A program made the position numbers and the translations under genes. The notes beneath the pieces were generated by a model. It made no database searches. It worked only from the letters and a program-made list of their open reading frames with translations, and had not been told where the DNA came from. From Malacoraja senta (Eukaryota): a stretch of DNA of 64,000 bases. The stretch covers positions 62,001 to 126,000 of the forward strand of contig JAXLNO010000179.1 in the NCBI GenBank assembly GCA_038087875.1, read 5' to 3'. Positions within the stretch are counted from its first letter, which is position 1. The number at the start of each line of letters is the position of its first letter. Of this stretch, positions 38,357 to 51,086 are shown one piece after another.

Positions 38357-40550
38357 AATAGGTAGAGCAAAGGGAAAGATAAAGTACAGAATATAAGTCT
38401 CGGCATTGTAGCGCATCAGTTCCAGAGACATTGTCCAATGTCCACAATGGGGTAGAGGTGAATCGGACAGTACCCTCGCTTGTGGAAGGACCGTTCAGAA
38501 GCCTGATAACAGAGGGGAAGTAGCTGTTCCTGAGTCTGATGGTGCGCACCTTCAAGCACCACTATCTTCTCCCCAACAGGCATGGGGAGAAGAGAGAATG
38601 AGCGGGGTGAAATAGGTCCTTTTAAAATGCTCAGCTATACCTCTCCCTTTCTGATTCCACTGTTTACTCTTGAAACATTTTTATTGCACAAAAGCAGGTT
38701 GAAGCACTGGAGGAACTGTTGCTGTGAATCTAGGCTCAATGTTGTCATGTGTACTGAGATAATGAGAAAAGTGATTAAGAAGGAACTGCAGATGCTGGAA
38801 AATCGAAGGTAGACAAAAGTGCTGGAGAAACTCAGCGGGTGCGGCAGCATCTATGGAGTGAAGGAAATAGGCAACGTTTCGGGCCGAAACCCTTCTTCAA
38901 GAGAAAAGCTTTTGTTTGCATGCTCTTCAATTAAATCAGAACATGTTGTACATGAAAACATTCTCAAATCTTGGGGGGGGTTTGGGGATCTACTTGCATT
39001 TACATTAGCAATTGAAAGTCAAATTTAAAATCCAGATGCTAGAAATCTGAAATAAAAACAAAATTCTGCGGGGAAAAAACTTAGCCTGTTAGGCAGCATC
39101 TATGGAAGGAGAAACCGTAACCTTGCAAGCCAGAGACTTTCTCAGAGCAGAGAACAGGAGAAAGCAAAACACAAAGTGCTGGAGGAACTCAGTGGATCAG
39201 TCAGCATCTGTGGAGGAGATGGACAGGTGGTGCTTTGGGACAGGAACCTATTTTTTGTATTTGCATCTTGAAACATCCTCTGTATTCCCTCCATAGATGC
39301 TGCCTGACTGGCTGCGTTCCACTCGCTTGTTGGTTTGTATTCAGAAAGCAAGTTAGTCTAAGTGTTGGAGGATCTCAGCAGGTCAGGCAGCATCTGTGGA
39401 GTGAATGGACAGATGACGTTTCAGGATGCAAGAGAAGAATGGTCTTGAGCCAAAACGATCATCCGTGTGCTAACGCTTTTAGTTTTAGTTTAGTTTATTG
39501 TCACGTGTGCCGAGGCACAGTCAAAAGCTTTTTTGTTGCGTGCTATCCACAAGCAGAAAGACTGTACATGATTACAATCGAGATATCCACAATGTACAGA
39601 TATAAGATAAAGGGAATAATGTTCAGTGTAAGCTAAAGTCTGATTTAAGACAGTCCGAGGGTCTCCAATGAGGTAGATGGTAGCTCAGGACCGCTCTCTA
39701 GTTGGCATCAAGCCAAGGTTGGGTTACAGAGCAAGGTGCCAGGTGGGTTCAGAGTCGGTGTCAGGGTATAATTGAGATTGGGTCTGTGCACATACAGTAT
39801 TGGCGTTGCCTGGTTAACCTCTCCCTCCCCCTCTGCTGTTGATGTCTTCAGGTACCAGGACACCATTGAGGCGTACCGCATGGCAAATGGGAGATATTTG
39901 GAGCGATGCTGATTAGCCACAGCTGGCTAGGCTGTGTCACCGTGCAGGTGCAGAAGGAGACGTGGCCTGGCCGCTCGGCTGAGAACGTGTCCGCAGATTG
40001 ACGGGGCAATCCGCCAGCGGGCTTCTACTGGCTCCGTCGCAAGTCTCCCACCTTGTGTGTCAACCACAGGTTAGAGACTGGCCATGGGACATCTTCAGAA
40101 GATCCACAGGTCCACCTGATGCAGGGTTACAGAAGCACTTTGGACATCATTTGCAACACTAGCAGCACTGGGATGTTAATTGTGGCAGAGGCGTATAACT
40201 GCTGTCTAACGTTCCCTGGGGTGTGCACGGGGTTACTGGGGTCAAGGTGACTGTGTTCTTTCCTGTCTGCTCAACCAAGGTGAAAACCATCTTCCTATGT
40301 TTCACTCGTGCGCCCTGCATCTGATTGCATACTCCACGCACCAAAAATGGTCATCAACTAGCGTCCTTCACTGCACTGTGCAAATATCTCCCATTTACTT
40401 ATCAGTTTTTCTCTGGGTACTATGACTTTCCTGCTACATCCAAATGAAAACTACATGAATTGGTGGGCTAATTGGCTACTATATGCTGTGTCTAGTATGC
40501 AGGTGAGAGGTAGAGAATGGGAGGAGTTGATGGGAACGTGGGAGGGTTAG

Positions 40551-43500
40551 CAAAGGCCACAGAAGATGGCGGCAGGTTCACACGCAGCATCTTTGCGCTC
40601 CCCAGTCCGAGTCAATTCGGAGCAGCCCAGTACCGAACGCGGCTGTGGAAAGAAGGTACTTAAATACCTCAGAACCCCGAGAACCCCTAGAAATCCCAGT
40701 ACCCCCAGAAAACTCAGTAAGGGACTCACCACCAGGACGGGGAAATCCAGCACCCGCACCGTAATCCCGACAGGTCGCACATGGAGCCGAACGGAACTGC
40801 TCAACATCGGACGTGGCTGCGAGAAACTGGCTTGTGAGTACTACAGTACCCTCACCAAAATCCCGATGGAGCTAGGCAGAACAGCACGCTGGATCACCAC
40901 TCCGGAGGGTAGGAGATGGAGCAAGCGCCGGGAGAGAAAGCAGAAACGTGGAAGGCGAGCGGGGGTGCAGGACAGGCTACGGAGGGCTCCACAAAGACCA
41001 TCCCTACCAAGCGTCTTTCTCGCAAATGTCCGGTCACTCACCAACAAGCTGGATGAGGTAAGGCACAGGATCAACACCCAGCGATCCCTGAAAGACTGTT
41101 GTGTGCTGATCTTCACAGAGACCTGGCTCAGCACCTTCCAGACATAACGAACCGGTCACTGCATCGTGCAAGGGTGGCGGGCTCTGCATCTATATCAACA
41201 ATGACTGGTGCACCAACCACACTGCAGTAGAGAGCTACTGTTCCCCAGATCTGCAATACCTACTGCTCAAATGTAGGCTGTTTTATCTGCCTCGGGAGTT
41301 TACTGGGGTTATCATCATGGCCGTATACATTCCACCACAGGCTAATGCTAACCTAGCGCTAGCACAGCTGCACTCGGCTATCAGTAAGCAGCAGGATGCT
41401 CACCCCGACGGTGCCTTCATTGTTGCAGGGTACTTTAATCAGGTCGACCTACGAGCTGCACTCCGCAAATTCCACCAGCATGTGCAGTGCCCTACCAGGG
41501 GCTCAAATACGCTGGATAAAGTGTACACCAACATCAAGGACTCATACAGAGCTCTCCCCCGCCCATCCCTGGGACAATCCGATCTCCTCTCACTGTTTCT
41601 ACTGCCTGCATACAAACCCCTCATCAGCAAGACCAAACCCGCAATAAAGACGGTCAAAATATGGCCCGAGGACGCCACCCTACAACTCCAGGACTGCTTT
41701 GATCGCACCGACTGGGACCTGTTTGCACAACAGGCTACCAGTGGTACAGAGGTAGACTTGGAGGAGTACACATCCACTGTGCTCTCCTACATCAATTGCT
41801 GTGTGGAGTCTGTCACAGTGGACAAGAAAATAAAGATGTTCCCAAACCGGAAACCGTGGATGAACAAGGAGGTTCAGAATCTGCTAAGGGCACGCAACAA
41901 TGTCTTTAAATCCAGGGACACTTCAGCATACAGTGCTGCCAGGTCAAACCTGAACAAAGGCATAAAAAAGTCCAAAGACATCCACAGGCAAAGGGTGGAA
42001 GACCACTTCAATACCGCGGACACCAGAAGCATGTGGCAGGGTGTCAGGGACATCACTGACTACAAGAGCAGCCCCGCCTGCCCCCACAGTGATATCACAC
42101 TGGCCAATGAGTTAAACACCTTGTTGTTAAAGAAGGAACTGCAGATGCTGGAAAATCGAAGGTACACAAAAATGCTGGAGAAACTCAGCGGGTGCAGCAG
42201 CATCTATGGAGCGAAGGAAATAGGCAACGTTTCGGGCCTGAAACGTTGCCTATTTCCTTCGCTCGCTCCATAGATGCTGCTGCACCCGCTGAGTTTCTCC
42301 AGCATTTTTGTGTACCTTCTGAGTTAAACACCTTCTTTGCCCGGTTCGAAACTGGCAACACCACCAGGCGTGGAATAACCCCGGCCATGGCGGAGGGACA
42401 GGTCTTAACACTGAGCACTCAGGAGGTACAGTGCGCTCTGCGTAGGATCAATCCACGCAAGGCTGCAGGCCCAGATGGAGTCCAAGGGAGGGTACTAAAG
42501 GACTATGCTGTACAGCTGGCTGAGGTATTCACAAGGATCTTTAACCTGTTTCTATCTCTGGCAACAGTCCCCAAGTGCCTGAAGACAGCTACCATAGTGC
42601 CGGTGCCGTAAAAGTCAAAAGTCACCAACCTAAATGACTACCGCCCAGTTGCCCTAACTCCAATACCCATGAAGTGCTTTGAAAGGCTGGTCCTCTCTCA
42701 CATCAAATCCAGCATCGCTGCCTCACTGGACTCTCATCAATTTGCATACAGGGCAAATAGATCCACAGAGGATGCCATCTCTCTGGCTCTTCACACTGTC
42801 CTGACTCACCTGGAAAGACAGGGTACGTACGTGAGGATGCTCTTCATAGACTATAGCTCTGCCTTCAACACGGTCATCCCCACCAAGCTCACCACCAAAC
42901 TCCACCAGCTAGGCCTCAACTCGCCGATATGCGACTGGATCCTGAATTTTCTGACGGAGCGACTGCAGGCAGTGAGACTGGGCCCGCACCTGTCCTCCAC
43001 TATCACCCTGAGCACCGGCACACCACAGGGCTGTGTACTGAGCCCCATGCTCTACTCCCTCTTCACACACGACTGTGTTCCTGCATTCGACACCAACACC
43101 ATCGTCAAGTTTGCAGATGACACAACGGTGATCAGGCTGATCACCAAACTACAGAGCGGAGTTGCAGAACCTGGCTGACTGGTGCTCACGTAACAACTTG
43201 TCCCTAAACACCTCCAAGTCCAAGGAGCTGATTATCGACTTCAAGAGGACACATAATGGGGAATACGACCCAATCTTCATCTACGGGGACAGTGTGGAGA
43301 GAGTGTCCAGCTTTAAGTTTCTGGGCACACACATCTCAGAGGACCTCACATGGTCCACCAACACCGCTGCGCTGGTCAAGAAGGCACAGCAACGACTATT
43401 TTTCCTGAGAACATTGAAAAAGACTGGTCTTCCCCAACAGCTGCTGACAACCTTCTACCGCTGCACCACAGAGAGCATCCTAATGTATGGCATCTCTGTG

Positions 43501-44020
43501 TGGTATCTCAGCTGCACGGAGGGGGAGAGGAGATCTCTTCAGCGCGTCGTCCAGAGTGCAGAAAATTATTGGGACACAGCTACCAGCCTTGGAGGGCTTC
43601 TAATACACGGTGCCTCAGGAAGGCCGTCAGCATCCACAAAGACTCCTCACACCCTTGTAATGGACTGTTCGAACTCCTACCTTCCGGCAGACGTTACAAG
43701 GCCTTCTACGCCCGCACCTCCAGACTTAGGAACAGCGTCATCCCCAGAGCTATAGCGGCTCTGAACCGGCCCTGCTGAGTGCCCCCCACCCCCATGAACT
43801 GTCTCCCTCGGATGGTCACGTCGCACATCGACCCGGCACAGACACATTTGCACTTTAGACTGTTTTGACTGTTTTACTGTTCTTTTTATAAATCATGTTT
43901 CTCGGGGTATCTAAATCTAAATGTTATTAGTTGTTTAAGTTATGACATCGGATGGAAGCTGCATACCACATCTCGTTTCACATATGTGCAATGACAATAA
44001 AAGATATTATTATTATTATT
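40551..44020 (+). mobile_element. Full-length decayed Rex1/Babar LINE
   Basis: 5' AAGATGGCG; NVRSL, FTETWL and KFADD motifs; gacaataaa...(tat)n tail; several frameshifts. Confidence 0.9.
42123..42319. mobile_element. Penelope-derived fold-back insertion with 15-bp TSD
   Basis: TGAGTTAAACACCTT at 42108-42122 and 42320-42334; about 80-bp inverted arms at 42158-42238 and 42239-42319. Confidence 0.8.
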
Positions 44021-44669
44021 AGTGTAAAATTGGATGGCTGATGGTTGGTGTGGAGTCAGTGGGGTGAAGGGCTCGCGAGGATCCATGTTCCAAGATGGTG
44101 CTGACAAGTTGATGGCAGATGACCCATTTTACTAACGGGCTGCATTATAAAGCAGCGGTCGGTGAGGGAGGTTAATTGCTACTGATTTGTGTAACTCTTC
44201 ACCTCCATTATGAAGCTGGCATCTTTGGGTGGGTTCTACACTTGAGTTGGGGTTTAATGTGTAATTCTCCAGCCATTGTGAGATGCACCTGAGACATTCC
44301 TTGGTCTGCTAACTGACAAAAGCTGCCATCATTCTCAAACATTGACAAGTTGAGGGAGAACCTTCCAAATGTGATGTTTAGAGCTTCAGATTTTGTTGCA
44401 CAAATAATAGTTGATAAAGAATATATATAATCATGAAGTTACGCAATATATTTATGGCAGTAATGTGATGTATGATCCCATGGTTTTTTTTAAAAGATAG
44501 TCACTGCTCCTGTTCAAATGTGCAAGATTTGTGTTCCAAATTATAAATAAAGTTATTGAATCATTTAATGTAAATTCTATGCCTGATCTATATAAATGTT
44601 TTCCAATTGCCTTAGAGATTTGAAAGAGTGGAATAATTGTGAGGAGAGAGGTTTTCAGACGGAGAGCAC

Positions 44670-45270
44670 CAAAGATACTAGAGGAGCAAGATAGACCACT
44701 CCTCCGAAATCCAATGGAGTGACGTGTAGTACGTAACGGAACGTCACGGCCGCCATTTTTTAATGCAAAACGCAACATCTTTGGTAGCGGGGACGGACTC
44801 CACAGTTATACAATCTGCGCTTACATCAGGTCGCAGGGAAGAGCAAAGATACTGGAGGCTCCTATAGTATCTTTGGGGGAAGTGAACATTTCCTCCACTC
44901 CCGAGTTGATCCAGGACTGATACTCGGTCTCCCCGATACCAGATGAATGCAGCCGGCACCAGGCTCTCTGTCTGTCTGGCAGGAGAGCCTCAAGCGTCGG
45001 CGCTCCCGAGGCAGCAGGCAATGCTCCTCTCGTATCTTTGGTGTAATCCGTTCCAAAGATTGATCTGCTCTATCATCTTTGGTGTAATCCATGTTGTAGG
45101 GAACAGTGTTTTATATAGCATCTATCACTTCACATATTTAGTTAATATTATTGTAAATATTATTATTATTATTGAAAATTGCAGTCCGGTAAAATGGCGT
45201 GAACACTCACCCATGTCATACTACGCTTTTTTTGTAGAGTGGCGCATCTTGCTCTGCTCTAGTATCTTTG
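44670..45270. mobile_element. Non-autonomous DNA transposon (P-element-like MITE)
   Basis: TIRs CAAAGATACTAGAG...CTCTAGTATCTTTG; 8-bp TSD GAGAGCAC at 44662-44669 and 45271-45278. Confidence 0.8.
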
Positions 45271-45514
45271 GAGAGCACTGCCAGAGGTGAGCGGGGGCCG
45301 GCAGAAGGGGCTGTCCGTCCCAGCGGCCGGTCGCAGCCACCCGAGCTAATTCACTCCCCGGGCACAATGCGGTGGCTTCGTGCCTGGAGCGTCGCAAGTG
45401 GGTTACTGGCATAATCCCCGACCCCCTCTTTCACAATGCTCCTACCCTCCCCACAAATTTACCCAGATTCCCCAAACACTGTGAAAGGAGCTCTTCCTCT
45501 CCCCCCCCCCCCCC

Positions 45515-45948
45515 ATGAAATACGGTATTTAAAAACATATAGCATCAAGAGATTTACCGACCACATTATTGGTACACAAACTCCATTCTTATCTCTTTGT
45601 TTCCTAAGATACACTTAAGATAATGACAATCCATATTTGAAAAACCCGCCAAGAAACTAGCGCTGCGTATGTGCAGTAGGCTGCTGCACCTGCGCAGAAT
45701 TGCAAAGGCAGAATTTCAGCTGCCTTCAGCCCCGCTTGTCATTGACGGCTTGAAGCAGCGCTGACGGCACGTGGGTTGCACAGACCTTTGTGTGTTGCAA
45801 GCGCTGCGGATGAAAGGCACGGAGAATTATGCCTACCTAAGAGATCGATCGCTTAGATAGGCATAATTCTCCCATGCCTTTACTATTTAGATTTAATAAT
45901 TACATTTTATAATTTTAGTCAGGCTAGGCAGTGCCTACCTTGCCTGCC
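45515..45948 (-). mobile_element. DNA-transposon-derived repeat (hAT-like end) with internal hairpin
   Basis: Inverted homolog of 49211-49605. Confidence 0.55.
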
Positions 45949-46419
45949 ACATAGTTACTCCTTTGTGCCCTTTTTTTGTATACCAGCATCTACAGTTTCA
46001 CTGTTTCCACCTATCACTTGCCACCTCCTGCCCCAACCCTTCCCCTCACATCTCTCTCTACCATATTTCTCCGCTCTACTCCATCGCTCCAAAGAAGAGT
46101 TCCGCCCTGAAACGTCGCCTGTCAATTTGCCTCTACAGATGCTGCCCGACCCTCAGAGTTGATCCAGCACGTTGTCTCTCCGGGTTCCGGCATTTACTGC
46201 TTTGTGTGTCCCGTCTACATAATACGTGTGATGTTATGTGACAGTTTCCAGAGCCCAATTTGCATCGCACTCTGACCCAGCCTCAGGGACAGAGAGGAGA
46301 GGAACCGTCCATTCCCTCCACAGATGCTGCCTGGCCCGCTGGGTTTATCAGCTGTTTGTTTTTTTACACATAGAGCTTGGCTGGACTGGAGACTTGGTTA
46401 TACAGGAGACGGTGTTTTG

Positions 46420-46685
46420 TTATAGATACAGCACAGAAACAGGCCCTTCGGTCCACGGAGTCCACACTGACCAGTGATCCCAATGCACTTGCACTACCCT
46501 ACACACTAGGGACAATTTTACCGATGCCAATTAACCTACAAACCTGCACGTCTTTGGAATGTGGAAGGAAACCCATGCGGTCAGAGGAAGAACGTGCAAA
46601 CTCCGTAAAGACAGCACCCATAGTCGGAATTGAACCTGGGTCTGGTGTTGTGAGGCAGCAACACTACCGCTGCGCCACGGTGCTG
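46420..46685 (-). mobile_element. V-SINE (HE1-like); further copies at 47800-48070 and 50445-50742
   Basis: Same family as 2785-3068. Confidence 0.8.
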
Positions 46686-48327
46686 CTCAGTGATGGGCGA
46701 GATATACTAAATTATGAGAAGGTGTATTTTAGATGGTTAGTGAGAAGCTTTTTCCCATGGTGGTGTGTTTACAAACAGGGGGATAGTATCAATGTATAAA
46801 GACGAGGAACTAGTGTGAACACGATCGATGGTCAGCATGGACTCAATGGGCCGAAGGGCCTGTTTCCATGCTGGAATGAGGAACTGTAGATACTGGTTTA
46901 TCAAAGAAAGACACAAATTGAAGGGTGGTGCTGGCTCAAAGGGCCAAATGGGCCTACTCCTGCACCTTTTGTCTAAAATGATGCAGTAATTCAGAGTGTC
47001 AGGTGGCATCTCTGGATGACATGGATAGGTGACATATTGGGTTGCAACCCTTTTTCAGACGATATAATGAATCAAGGTGGAAGGCTTAGAAAGATTTTGG
47101 GGGGGATTTTCTCCAGATAGGGGCTGGAATCTGGAATGCTCTGCCTGAGGGAATGGTGGAGGTCATTGTCCACACACAAGAGCATCTGGACATCTTGAAT
47201 CGCAAGGGCATCGAAGAGTCATGGAGTCACACAGCACGGAAACAGACTCTTCGGCCCAACCCGTCCATGCTAACCAAGATACCCATCCACAATAATCGCA
47301 TTTTGGCCCATATCCCTCTAAACATTTCCTATCCATGAACCTGTCCAAGTGTCTTTTAAATGTTGTTATAATACCTGCCTCAACTACCTCCTCTGGCAGC
47401 TGGTTCATATACCCATTACCCTTTGTGTGAAAAGGTTGCCCCCCAGGTTCCCATTAAATCTTTCACCCTTCGCCTTCAACCTGTGTCCTTGTGTTCTTGG
47501 TTCTCATACACTGAATAAAAATGATTGTCTATTCTTGTCTAATGTGACCTGTTATAAATGTCTGCGTTTAGTTTATCAACAGGTGCCAAGTGTCTGTGAC
47601 CGTTGATCTTTAGCTGGGAGCAATTCTCTCTTTATGATGTGCTTCAACCAGCCATGAAGTTATTTTATATTAATATGTAATTACCCAGAATCAAATCCAC
47701 TTTCATTAAAAGAGATCTGGTGACAAGAAATTTGTGAAGTACTTATTTTAAACGTAGTGCATTGCAGCCTGCAGTCTGGTGAACAAATGATTGATTGAAA
47801 GATACAGCATGGAAACAGGCCCTTCGGCCCACCGAGTCCACGCCAACCATCGATCACCCATTCACACTAGTTCTATGTTATTTTACTTTCTCATCCACTC
47901 CCCACATGCGAGGGGCAATTTACAGCCAATTAACCTACAAACCTACATGTCTTTCGAGGAAACCCATGTGGTCACAGGGAGAACATGCAAACTCCACACA
48001 TACAGCACCCAAGGTCAGGATCGAACCCGGGTTTCTGGCGCTGTGATGCAGCAGCTCTACCTGCTGCATTACTATGTCTGTTTAGTTTGGAGATACAGCG
48101 TGGAAACAGGCCCTTCGGCCCACCGAGTCCACGCTGACCATCGAGACTTGCCTGCGCATCCATATTTTACCTCGTGGATTCCAGCTCCGGTTCCAGACAT
48201 CCCAGTTCAGACCCAACTCAGACTATAGGGAGGTTGCACGGCTGTCGAGGACATGACCCGTGACCTGTACTGTTGCCACGCAACGCCAACTGGAGTACAT
48301 GCGGTGAACTGCAGGTAAGCACTCAAC

Positions 48328-49210
48328 ATGGCTTCCAGTGTAGCGAGCCCGTCCTGTGCCCCCGTATCCGTTCAATTGTCGCAGTATGCCTCAAATCTCG
48401 CAGCTGAGTACGAATAATATGTCCAAAAAGTCTCCTTGAATGGTATTGATCATTATTTAGTGCCTGAAGCTGAGAGATCCCATGACATCTCCCAACTGCC
48501 AGAACTTAATTCCATGGACATCATGGCCTACCTCATCTCAACGCCCCATCCATACACAGCAAAGAATTTTCAGGCCAACAAGTCATCTGAGGCTTACAAT
48601 CAGTTTGCTAATGGTTGGTTACACGACACTAGTGTATACATCGCAAATAATTCTCCAGACTTACGAGTGGTGTGTGGAAAAGTAAGTTTTCTATCGTTAT
48701 GCTATTACTTACTTATGTCATTTATGCTATTACTTATTGGAAGCTATTTTAACTCTTTTTCTTTTCAATTATCCTCGCACCTTCTGCACTCACAAGCTGT
48801 CGGCGTGAATTCTAAGCCATTGATGCCGTGGGTTATTGGGACAAATGGCCAGATATACAGTGCCCACTGTGATTGCAAGGCAGGGCTTGGAGTAGTTTGT
48901 ACCCATGTAGTGACGGTTCTCTTTGGTATTGACACTGGAGTACGGATTAGTGAGAAGACAACAGTCACCCAGGTCAAAGCATATTGGATGGAGCCAACGA
49001 GAAAGCAGGTTAATGCTGCGCCTGTCAGCAAAGTTAACTTCTCTTCAGCAGCACAGAAGAAAAGATGGCTTGATGCTACCATAGTTGGGACTGAGCCGAA
49101 ACAGCAACACACCAGAGATGAAGCTCCATCAGTGTCATCCGCTTCTTGTCGAGCATCGGAGTTGCTGCAGGACAAAGTACTGAGTGGACTTTTGTTAGGC
49201 CTGTCCCTGA
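48328..49210 (+). pseudogene. SWIM zinc-finger gene remnant of a DNA transposon (ISL2EU-type accessory gene)
   Basis: KSSEAYNQFANGW and AHCDCKAGLGVVCTHV (CxC...CxH); in-frame stop at 48415; intron donor gtaagt at 48682 with degraded acceptor. Confidence 0.7.
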
Positions 49211-49605
49211 CAGGCACGTGCCATCAGGGTAGGCAAGGTAGGCACTGCCTACCCTGACTAAAATTATAAAATGGTCATTATTAAATATAAATAGTAAAGG
49301 CACGGGAGAATTATGCCTACCTATGAGATCGATCTCTTACATAGGCATAATTCTCCCATGCCTTTCATCCGCAGTACATGTAATACGTGAAAGTATGTGC
49401 AGCTCACGTGCCGTCGACGCTGCTTCAAACCTTCAATGACAAGGGGAGCTGAATCTAGCGCAAGTTTCTTGGCGGGTTTTTCAAACATGGATCGTCCTTA
49501 TCTTAAGAGTATCTTATGAAACAAAGAGAGAAGAACGTAGTTAGTGTACAAATAATGTGGTAAGTAGATTTCTTTGAGCTTTATGTTTTTAAATACCGTA
49601 TTTCC
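49211..49605 (+). mobile_element. DNA-transposon-derived repeat (hAT-like end CAGGCACGTGCCATCAGGG)
   Basis: Truncates the SWIM ORF; homolog of 45515-45948. Confidence 0.55.
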
Positions 49606-49829
49606 GGCAATGAAGACGCTATTGTTTACCCAAAAATAAGGCACGACAATTTACCTGCAGGCCGAAGGTTAGGTTTGTTAGCCAAGAAAGATAGACTTGG
49701 CTGTTCCTCAGTACAGCAACATCAAGAACGATGTTGCTGTACTGAGGATAGCCAAGTCTATCCCTCATTGCTGGCAGCTGATGGGAAGCGGCTGTAAAGT
49801 GGGAAGTGGTCGTAAAAGGACAGCGCCGC

Positions 49830-50277
49830 TGGGGGGTTCCAATACCGAAAGGGGCTGCTCCTTGCCTTCTGGCTGCACTTCACACCCACCATCCTCATCT
49901 TTGGACACCTGTGCGTCGGGCCGAAGATGTCCTAGTTGGGTTGTTCATAGGCCTGGCCAAGCTGGCCATCCACAAGGCCCAGGACCAGGCGGAAGAGGGC
50001 TCTACCCGAGCCTGCTAGCTGCCCTTTTCCGGCATCACGTCCATGCCCGGTTGGTTTTAGAAAGGGACTACGCGCTGTCCACGGGCTCCCTGGGGGATTT
50101 CTGGGACCACTAAGCACCGCGGGACGAGGAATGCACCCTCAATAAGGATGGTGATAGTTGTATAGTAGTATATTCAGTATATTTGCTTGACCTGTATTAT
50201 GGAGGTGGGTTTTGATTTGATTTATTTTGTACTGTACATATTATTGTAAATAATTAAATTATTTTTGGTTAAAAAAA
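49830..50277 (+). mobile_element. L1/Tx1-clade 3' fragment
   Basis: LVGLFIGLAKLAIHK peptide and A-rich tail. Confidence 0.65.
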
Positions 50278-51086
50278 CTGTTCTGTTGAATCACCGGTGG
50301 TGCTGAGTCAGCGTACAAAAGAGAGAGAGAATATCTGGTTGAGTGTTGTCAGCATTAATTTGAACATTAAAAAGGATTTTAATTTAGTTGCTGCAAATCT
50401 GAAACCTTTCACACACAAACACAATAGACTTCCTTGTGCAGAGTTTAGTTTAGTTTAGAGATACAGCACAGAAACAGGCCCTTCGTCCCACCGAGTCCAC
50501 ACAAGCCAGCAATCCCCGAACATCAACACACTAGGTACAATTTTTACATTTATACCAAGCCAGCTAACCTACAAACATGTACATCTTTGGAGTGTGGGAG
50601 GAAACCGAAGGTCTAGGAGAAAACCCACGCAGGTCATGGGGAAAAGGTACAAACTCCGTATGGACAAGCATCCGTAGTCAGGATCGAACCCAGGTCTCTG
50701 GCTCAGTAAGGCAGTAGCTCTACCACTACACCCACGTGCCACCTTTATTTAATAGTCCACAAAATGCAAGTTACTGTCAAATTATTATCAAGGGAGAAAA
50801 TGTGGTATGTGCCTCCTAAAATGTGGTGTCACTCTCCTAGGAATCTGAGGGGTAACTTTATCACACAAAGGGCGATGGGTGTATGGAACGAGCTGCCAGA
50901 AGAGATAGTTGAGACTGGAACTATCGCAACATTTAAGAAACAGTTAGACAGGTACATGGATAGGACTGATGTGGAGGGATATACATAGATACATAGATAG
51001 ATACATAGAAAATAGGTGCAGGAGTAGGCCATTCGGCCCTTCGAGCCTGCACCGCCATTCAATATGATCATGGCTGATCATCCAAC

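Larger units (their letters stand above)
31854..40001 (+). pseudogene. Kelch-repeat (KLHL/IPP-like) gene remnant; exons 31854-32034, 32357-32503, 33390-33555, 39852-40001
   Basis: Kelch blades (FAVG-GW...ECYNP, LYIAGG...VYNP..DSW, IYVMGG); compatible splice phases; 4-nt frameshift in the first exon and another frameshift in the last; no BTB/BACK exons seen. Confidence 0.85.

Noticed and set aside
45515..49605. Single transposon with long TIRs carrying the SWIM gene
   Set aside because: The apparent termini face inward, the right copy truncates the SWIM ORF, and no TSD was found
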